Under the pieces are notes generated by a model. That model searched no databases. It was not told the origin of the DNA and was given only the letters and a program-made list of their open reading frames with translations. DNA of 24,348 bases from the IMG/VR virus record IMGVR_UViG_3300022822_000082, positions 1 to 24,348 of that record, one strand, 5' to 3'. Positions 9,201 to 16,600 of the stretch are shown here, one piece after another. A program made the position numbers and the translations under genes. Position 1 is the first letter of the stretch, and the number at the start of each line of letters is the position of its first letter. The stretch is from a virus. Lineage: Duplodnaviria > Caudoviricetes.

Positions 9201-9821
9201 TTAAATTCTAGGTCTTACCGGTGATGGAATTTTCCAATAATCGACACCGGCGTAAACTGTTGCTACAGTTGCATGCCAATCAGAAAATGCAGCAAATTTA
9301 GTAGCCTGGTCTTCAGTAAGCACTGAACTATCAACAGTTGCTATCCATTCGTTCTGCTGTTCTATACTGATATTCCACTGCTCTTGTGTTATTGGTTTTT
9401 GATATTCTAGTCCAGAATAGGTGTCAGTTACCGAGTCATATACAAAATTACAGTTGTTCCATATTACATCAATAATTCCGCTATCAATATACGGATATCC
9501 GTATATTTCACCTGTAGGAAGTGTCTCTTCAAAATTATCGATATCTTCGTTTGTATAACTTTCAGTTAGCCATGCTGCAATTGCAGTATGAACGTCTGCA
9601 TCTAGAATATGAAAGTTTGTATTATCGTCAACAAACTCTGATAAGTCAAATTCATCTAAACTATCAAATGCTCCTTCACTGCATTGAAGCACATTATCCA
9701 CTTTTGATGTACTAACGACAAGATATCGTCTTCCTATGTATGTTACAGCTACAGTTTTGCCATCTGATGTATCTTGAACCATTGGCTGATTTGGCATAGC
9801 TAGTTGAATTGTTTTTTCCAT
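9201..9821 (-). CDS. Acidic hypothetical protein, possible tail-fibre assembly chaperone
   Basis: 206 aa, Asp/Glu-rich, AAGGA RBS. The C-terminal helix plus WKIPSPVRP loosely resembles phage tail-assembly chaperone ends. It lies directly after the fibre-tip genes. Confidence 0.6.
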   Translation of the reverse strand: MEKTIQLAMPNQPMVQDTSDGKTVAVTYIGRRYLVVSTSKVDNVLQCSEGAFDSLDEFDLSEFVDDNTNFHILDADVHTAIAAWLTESYTNEDIDNFEETLPTGEIYGYPYIDSGIIDVIWNNCNFVYDSVTDTYSGLEYQKPITQEQWNISIEQQNEWIATVDSSVLTEDQATKFAAFSDWHATVATVYAGVDYWKIPSPVRPRI

Positions 9822-9833
9822 AATTTAATTTCC

Positions 9834-10817
9834 TTATATGTTTGGTATAAATTTAATTTTAACGCCGCCGTGTCCGCCGCGCATTGCATGATCTCTAATG
9901 CCAGCACACGGAACTCCGCCGTAGCCTGGTATTCCTGGTGCTACCATTACTGCACACCCTTGCCATTCATAGCATCCACAATAATTGTTACCGCCATAGC
10001 ATTTACTCATAGGTGCACCAGTCACCGGACTCTTACTCATTGCTCCTAGACTTCTAAAGAAATTATCAACACCATTGTTCCACTGTGATCTTGAACCGTC
10101 GGGTTGCATTACATATTGGAACTGCTGTGGGTTTGCACTATATATTCCTGCAGATGTTTGTACATGCGAAGTAGCATAGCAAAGACAGCAGCTATTGCAA
10201 GATAACATTGTTAAACAACTAATTCCACCTGCACAATTTATATCGCCGCCGTATGCATTAGGTATCCAGCTATATGTACTTCCGTAATTACAAATAATTC
10301 CGCAGCCGGGGTCGCCAACTTGAGTTACACAGTTATTACAACTTTGATATCTGCACATCACGCTCACATCTTGTGTACAGTAACTTTGTCCGCCCATGCC
10401 GCCTTGAGAACAAATACAACTACACGTATTATTATCATTTGTATCTAACGTACACAATGTCATACAAGATGCTTGACTGCAACCTCGCTGACAAAGAGCG
10501 CTACTATTACCGCAGGAGTGTCCTGGCATAAAACAAAGGAAACTACTAGGATTTACTCTAACTGTTTTCTTTGAGTATGCACCCGGATTACCTGGAAGAC
10601 CTATTCCGCAGCAGCACATCAGCCCACCGCTGCCACTTGCGCCCCATACTTCAATTTCCGCTGTTCCGCAGGCAGTAAAATGCCTAAATTCAATTCCAAT
10701 GTGGAATGGACTAGCCATTGTACCCTGTGTATAAGCATACACTTGGCCTTTTTCTAAATTAGTTTCAACTTTGGTTGATTCTGAAAGCTTGCCTAATAAT
10801 GCGCTAAGATTTGCCAT
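9834..10817 (-). CDS. Gly/Cys-rich fibre-tip/adhesin-like protein, paralogue 3 (30 Cys in 327 aa)
   Basis: IEVWGASGSGG...GNPGAYSKKT...SQGGMGG...GGDIN...RGGHGGVKIKF: a glycine-rich-domain scaffold as in phage adhesins. Confidence 0.8.
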   Translation of the reverse strand: MANLSALLGKLSESTKVETNLEKGQVYAYTQGTMASPFHIGIEFRHFTACGTAEIEVWGASGSGGLMCCCGIGLPGNPGAYSKKTVRVNPSSFLCFMPGHSCGNSSALCQRGCSQASCMTLCTLDTNDNNTCSCICSQGGMGGQSYCTQDVSVMCRYQSCNNCVTQVGDPGCGIICNYGSTYSWIPNAYGGDINCAGGISCLTMLSCNSCCLCYATSHVQTSAGIYSANPQQFQYVMQPDGSRSQWNNGVDNFFRSLGAMSKSPVTGAPMSKCYGGNNYCGCYEWQGCAVMVAPGIPGYGGVPCAGIRDHAMRGGHGGVKIKFIPNI

Positions 10818-10829
10818 ATTTTATATTCC

Positions 10830-11861
10830 TTAACTTGCTATAAATTTAATTCTAATTGCGCCGGCGCCACCTCGACTACCATAATCGCGTACGTTGGCTT
10901 CGGGACTACTACCGGGCGATGGCACACCAAATGGTAAGTTTGGCACACAATGACTAAACTCATAACACCCACACTGTCTGCCGCTGCTCCAACAATTTGC
11001 ATATTGACTTCCGCCGATGCTTGAGTTTCTGCCTGCGAAGCTTAATGCGCCGATTAATTGTGACAATCCGTCGCCAACTCCATCATACGAGTTCGAATAG
11101 CATTCTCTTTGGTATGTTACAACGCCGCCGGTATCAGTAATAATTCCTGGGGGATATGCCACATGGTCATATTGTCCGCCACATTTATAATCATAACACG
11201 TACCAAAAGAAGCGCATGAAAAGTTGCAGCCGCCGAGTGTTCCGCTGTGACAATTTATATCTCCGCCATATGCACATTTTGGAGAGTAAACAGGGCCGCC
11301 GATATTACACACCATGAAACATCCGGCTCCGGCACTATTAGTCACTGTTTTAGTACAGTACCCATTAGCACTATAACAGCATGAATTCTGGGAACTACCA
11401 CTACAGAATGTCATACCGCCGGTGCCGCCTTGAGCACATAAGCATATACAGTTGGCGCTACCTAGGCCAGCAAGTCCACCGTTTGGTGAGCATATTGTAT
11501 AACATGAGCTTTCGCTACATCCTTTAAAACATAATGTATCGTTTGCGCAAGCTAGTCCTGGTACACCGCGTATCCACGTGTCGCCGTCTACGTTGATTGT
11601 TTTCTTTACATATGCTCCCGGGTTACCAGGTATTCCGGCGCCGCAGCAACACTGTTTTCCGCTTGAGCCGCCTGCACCCCACACTTCGATAACTGCTTTA
11701 CCTGCACCGGGTGATTTCCAAACAGTCCGTTCGCTGTATCCCGCTGGTCCATGGTTGTACATATTTGGAGTGTATACAAATATTTCACCTTTTTCCAAAT
11801 TTTCTTCTTCAAATCCAGTTGAAGTTAATTTAGCTGATATTATGTTACTTAGACTCGCCAT
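10830..11861 (-). CDS. Gly/Cys-rich fibre-tip/adhesin-like protein, paralogue 2 (28 Cys in 343 aa)
   Basis: IEVWGAGGSSGKQCCC...GNPGAYVKKT...AQGGTGG...GGDIN...RGGAGAIRIKF. Confidence 0.8.
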   Translation of the reverse strand: MASLSNIISAKLTSTGFEEENLEKGEIFVYTPNMYNHGPAGYSERTVWKSPGAGKAVIEVWGAGGSSGKQCCCGAGIPGNPGAYVKKTINVDGDTWIRGVPGLACANDTLCFKGCSESSCYTICSPNGGLAGLGSANCICLCAQGGTGGMTFCSGSSQNSCCYSANGYCTKTVTNSAGAGCFMVCNIGGPVYSPKCAYGGDINCHSGTLGGCNFSCASFGTCYDYKCGGQYDHVAYPPGIITDTGGVVTYQRECYSNSYDGVGDGLSQLIGALSFAGRNSSIGGSQYANCWSSGRQCGCYEFSHCVPNLPFGVPSPGSSPEANVRDYGSRGGAGAIRIKFIAS

Positions 11862-11879
11862 TATCTTTTTTCCTATATA

Positions 11880-12881
11880 TTATATTAGTGTAATTCTGAC
11901 TGCGCCAAAGCCGCCACGGAATCCGTAATCCCTAACGTCGTTACACGGAGTACTAGGAATTCCAGGAACACCATGCGGCAACCAAGTATTACATAAAGTG
12001 TCTTCATAACAACTACAGCGTTGGGTATTCCAACAAAACGCAGGGGGCATACCTTGTACGGGGTGCCTACTTAGATTGTTAAGTCCCTGCAACAATTGGT
12101 GTATCCCGTTGCCCGAAACTTGCGAATAGCCGCCACCGCATTCCATTGTAATGTTTATAAGATTTCCGCATTCTGAAAATATACCAGGAGAAGTTCTTAC
12201 GTGATGTGTAACAAAACACATGCAACATCCTTGGCAATTGAAGAACGAAGTACATGAAAAGCCACCATCTCGGTTTATATCGCCGCCTTGTGCAGTTGCA
12301 ATGCAACCGCCTGCAACATTGCATTTATAATTACATACCATGCCGCATCCAGCGCCTATACTCTCAAATGGCGCAGATTGCCCTTCAAAATTTGTTTTGC
12401 ACAAACATCCCACACTAGCAAGACAACACATCATTGGTTGACCACTTGTTGAGCATGCTGATGTACCGCCGTTGCCGCCTTGAGCACAAATAGATCCTGC
12501 TACTCCGCCTACGTTCCAAGCAAAGGTAGTTGGTTCACTTACACCTTTATAACATATTGCATCATTTGCACAACTTTCACCTAATACCATACTAAATGTA
12601 TCTGACGCTGTAACAGACTCAAACGTTTTTTTCGAATATGCTCCTGGATTGCCGCCGACTCCATTACCGCAGCAGCACTGTTTTCCAGCACTTCCACTCG
12701 CACCCCACACTTCAATAACTGCTTTACCCGTTCGTGTTGGTGTCCAAGAACGAGTTTTTCCAGGTGGAAAAGAGCCGCTGCTTGGTCCTGGACTAAAATA
12801 AAACACATCGCCGATTTGGAGATTTGTTTCATTTCCCTCGTTGACTTGTCGAGCTCTTAGTAATTCTGCTAATGATGCCAT
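11880..12881 (-). CDS. Gly/Cys-rich fibre-tip/adhesin-like protein, paralogue 1 (27 Cys in 333 aa)
   Basis: IEVWGASGSAGKQCCC...GNPGAYSKKT...AQGGNGG...GGDIN...RGGFGAVRITL. Confidence 0.8.
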   Translation of the reverse strand: MASLAELLRARQVNEGNETNLQIGDVFYFSPGPSSGSFPPGKTRSWTPTRTGKAVIEVWGASGSAGKQCCCGNGVGGNPGAYSKKTFESVTASDTFSMVLGESCANDAICYKGVSEPTTFAWNVGGVAGSICAQGGNGGTSACSTSGQPMMCCLASVGCLCKTNFEGQSAPFESIGAGCGMVCNYKCNVAGGCIATAQGGDINRDGGFSCTSFFNCQGCCMCFVTHHVRTSPGIFSECGNLINITMECGGGYSQVSGNGIHQLLQGLNNLSRHPVQGMPPAFCWNTQRCSCYEDTLCNTWLPHGVPGIPSTPCNDVRDYGFRGGFGAVRITLI

Positions 12882-12908
12882 AAAATTTTGTCCCTAGTTC
12901 ATGTACTA

Positions 12909-13241
12909 TTAAGTACTTACAATTACCCAACCATACGTCAAGCCAGTATATAACAATGTTACTACTGAACCTATTACGTCTAATGTCAAGTCTTCAGTAG
13001 TGCCGCCAATTAATGCGCCGTTTCTAGCTACTGTAACGTTATTTGTTGCAAATTGACTAACAGCATCGATAATCTGTATTTGATCACCTACTAACACGCT
13101 AGCAACTGCCGGTAGTGTTATAGTAAATGCTGCGCCTGTTGAGTTGCATATTAGTCTGTCGGCAGCAACTGCTAGATACGTAGTAGAGATTTCTCTAGTT
13201 ACTATGTTTGCTGTTCCTGTTGTTGATATGTATCGTCCCAT
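12909..13241 (-). CDS. Small tail-fibre adaptor-type protein (110 aa; start revised to ATG 13241)
   Basis: MGRYISTTG... is preceded by an AAGGA RBS and a TATAAATA motif. NSTGAAFTITLPA...GDQIQIID...FATNNVTVARNG...YGW matches a repeat unit recalled from T4-like proximal long-tail-fibre proteins. Confidence 0.75.
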   Translation of the reverse strand: MGRYISTTGTANIVTREISTTYLAVAADRLICNSTGAAFTITLPAVASVLVGDQIQIIDAVSQFATNNVTVARNGALIGGTTEDLTLDVIGSVVTLLYTGLTYGWVIVST

Positions 13242-13263
13242 AATGGTGATTCCTTTGTTAATG

Positions 13264-13271
13264 TATTTATA
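13264..13271 (-). promoter_or_regulatory. T4-type late promoter consensus TATAAATA
   Basis: Exact gp55-type consensus about 23 nt upstream of ATG 13241, overlapping the upstream stop codon. Confidence 0.65.
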
Positions 13272-13587
13272 TCGTTGAGGTCTCAATTCCAAACGCAACT
13301 ACGCTTACGTTCGGACTCGAAGATCTTACAACTAATTTATTGCCTGCGCTTAGAACAATACCGGTTCTTTCTAGTACGCCTTTCGCGAGTAGTTCTACAT
13401 CCCATTCTAAATATTCCGCCAATTCTGGCGTGTCTAGCGATGCAACTGCTAGACGTATTGCGATTGCCGAATTTCCACGATTACAAACTGATACGCTTGT
13501 AACTGCAAACGTATCTGCAGGGCAAGTGTAAAGTGTTGTAAGTGTGTCAGCTGCTAAATCAGCAACTCCTAATCTTCCTGTAGCCAT
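13267..13587 (-). CDS. Small virion structural protein (beta-rich)
   Basis: 106 aa with GGAG RBS; TTLYTCPA...VSVCNR...LERTGIVLSAGNKLVV. Resembles the truncated ORF at the right edge. Confidence 0.75.
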   Translation of the reverse strand: MATGRLGVADLAADTLTTLYTCPADTFAVTSVSVCNRGNSAIAIRLAVASLDTPELAEYLEWDVELLAKGVLERTGIVLSAGNKLVVRSSSPNVSVVAFGIETSTI

Positions 13588-13600
13588 TTTCTAATCTCCA

Positions 13601-16600
13601 TTATGATAATAAAAAGTAATTCAATGCAACTGGTACGCCATCAACACCTCTTGCAAAGTTTACCTTTTGCAGAATATTGATTTGTTCACCGGTTGTAGTT
13701 GTTATTTGTTGGCCTGATATTTCTATTCGACCAGCAGTAATACTATTTACGTTAAGTGTGGCCGCTCCGCCACCTATTTGTGATGTAATATACGTTTTAA
13801 TTGCCTTTTGTGTAGGCACAATATTGTCACTATTTGCAACAAACGTTCCGTCAGTACTAAATTCGTTAATAACAGCACCAGTGCCGCCTAAACTTAAATT
13901 ACCCAAGCTAAGTTCATTAAGCCCAGTAATATTAAATGCATCTGCATTTAGTGTTGCAACGCCTGTTGATTGCTCAACACTGAACAGTTCGCCTACTCGG
14001 AAGTTACCATCTTGGTCAGTACTTGTATAGAATACTCGTCCGCCGCCATGGTCGTTAGTTTCTTTTGTGGCATCAGGCGGAGTTAGCGGTATACCGGGGT
14101 AGTTACTATTAGCAAAATTTCCAGTACCAATATCTAAAAAGTCGTGTCCAGTTAATCTAACCTGCGAATATCGAATTATTAATTCAACAGCCGCTGCGTG
14201 TTCTAATGCGTCAGTTATTGTAATGTCTGGAGCAAGTTGGAAGTTTGCACTAAATTTATCTCCTACAGGAACTAAGTCTCTAACAGAAACTAATCTAAAG
14301 AACTGTCCTGGCAAACTACTAAATGTTATATTTGACCCTGCTAATGGAGCTAAAGATAAGTTATTAACTCTTATAAACTGTCCAGGTTGATAAAGATCAG
14401 CATAGCCGTCACCGCTTACTATAGCAGAAGCTGATGTAAAACTTGTTCCTCTGTTTGTCCAAGTAGGCTGTGTTAATACGCCGTCACCTATTCTAACTTG
14501 CGTTGGGGCGTCAACAGTATTGTTTGGGTCAGTTATAGTTAGTGTAGGTGCTGAACTATATCCAAAGCCCGGATCCCATAATTGTATTCTAGCTATTTGT
14601 CCTGCTTCGACTACTGCTCTGCCCTTTGCAGTATCTGAATATAATGCACTAGGCGGCGCTGTAAATGTGATACGTGGTTCAACAATATAAGTAGTAGTAG
14701 AATCTAGTGTAGTTTCAATTGCAGTGCCTGGAATAAGATGATCCCATCCTGCACTATCGTCGCTCATCTTTTTAACTGTTGCAATTTTTGTACCACTATT
14801 ATAAGCGTCAATATAAGCATACTGGCCTGCACCTACTCCAGATTTAATAAACACTGCCATTCCGTTATAAACACCGCTTTGTGCAATATCAGTATTAGAC
14901 AATGTTATTTGTGTAGCAGTGCCTGCTTGAGAAGCATTTGTTGCTGACACATAGTCTGCACCACCAAAATTATCAGCAGTGTCTAATAGTCGCACTTCAT
15001 ATACGCTGCCGTTGACTACATTAGTTGCGCCTACTACTGCTCCAAATCCCTCGCCAGACACTGTAAAAGAAGTTGCTCCGGGAGTATAATTAACGCCTGC
15101 ATTTAAGTATTCAAATACTAAGATTTCATTACCGTTAGTAAATACATCACTTACAATTGCTTGGAAGGAATAATTGTTAACTGTACCAGTAATTGGAATT
15201 TCGGTGTCATCAACTCCTTCGGCAACAGTGCCAAATCCACCATATGAGCTGTTACCGTTAGTAGCACGGATCTTGCCGCCGTTCTCTGCTAGGTATCCAA
15301 TGTGACCGTAGTATGAGAATACAGATACAAGTTCTGTTCTAGCTAGGTTAGTACACCATACACCAATACCATCACTGAGAATCTGCGTAAAGTCGTTTGA
15401 AACAATTGAGTCATTACCACCGTTGTGTAACGATCCGTCAATTTTACAACCAACGCATCCTGTACCAAAAGTTGTTACGTTTTGTACATATGGAGACTTA
15501 TTAGTAATCCATACTCGAGTATCGTCTGGGCCCCACCCTGCATCTAAACTGGTATAAGCACCAGCAGTAGGACGCTGAGTACCATATGCGTTAGCTGCTC
15601 CTAATGTACCATTTAGACCTGCGATGGTACAGTTTCTCAGACCTGTACCATTACGAAGATAAAACATATCTTCTAGCGTAGAGCCATTAACTGCATTTAC
15701 ATAATATTTTGCTGATAACAAAGACTTATAATTACCTGTATAAATTAAATCATACTTGATTGCATCCAAGTATGCATTAATGTCTCTTGAGCATGCAGCT
15801 TGGCTATATACGTATGATGGATACGCATCTGCAATGTATGCCATAATTTCAGCTACTATAAATGCCCTGTTAACTTCAATAGATTCAACAGCATATGTAT
15901 AATTAGTTGTAGTGTTTGGAGTATTTGTTCCATATGTTAACGGAACTGTACTATCCCCTGTAACACCATTTACACCATAGTCAATGTAATCATAAATTTG
16001 CTGTACTAGTTCTGTTGCGAATGTGCCGGCTGCTGCCGAACCATCTGGTGCTGTTGTAACTTGATTCTGTGCGTTACCAGTTGTTTTACTTACTGCGGCA
16101 TTAGTAACAATGTCACTTATAATAGTTTGTAATCTAGCAAGTGCATCTAAACTGTAAGGTGTGTCAGCAACATCGACTAAGCTACCTGCTGCAACAATTC
16201 TTGTTGAGCGTAGTTCATCGCCTATTACTGCTGTGTTTTCCGGAACAATGATTGGAAGTACTTCTGCAAATTCCCCAGTTTTAACAAATATACTGTTTTG
16301 CGGCTTTCTTTCTGCAGGGATACCAGTTGGCACACCTGCTGTAATAGATTGTGTTATAATTGCTACTAGGGTATCTATTAATGCTTGGCTTCCTACTTCT
16401 TCTACATAGTTTGCATCTATAACTTGATTTAATGCAGAGTATGCAGTGTCTGGAGCTAGATTACTAATTACTCTATCAATTATAGATAGCAAGTAATTAA
16501 TCACTGCAACAGTTTGCTCGTCTTCGGCTTCGATAACCGGAAGTAGTGTGCCTTCTGAAAAGTACGATACTGCCGAATCTCGTATACGAGAATTTCCGCC

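Noticed and set aside
8787-12832. Short alternative-frame minus-strand ORFs (8787..8969, 11606..11812, 12079..12324, 12581..12832)
   Set aside because: They are fully nested in well-supported genes, with no independent signals.
9834-12881. Cys-rich proteins as RiPP/lanthipeptide precursors or selenoproteins
   Set aside because: They are ~330-aa proteins with a folded-domain scaffold. There is no leader/core layout, no LanM or radical-SAM gene in the window, and no in-frame TGA.
13242-13298. N-terminal extension (MRLELRPQ...) of the 129-aa ORF
   Set aside because: It uses a non-ATG start overlapping the upstream gene; the RBS and late promoter point to ATG 13241.
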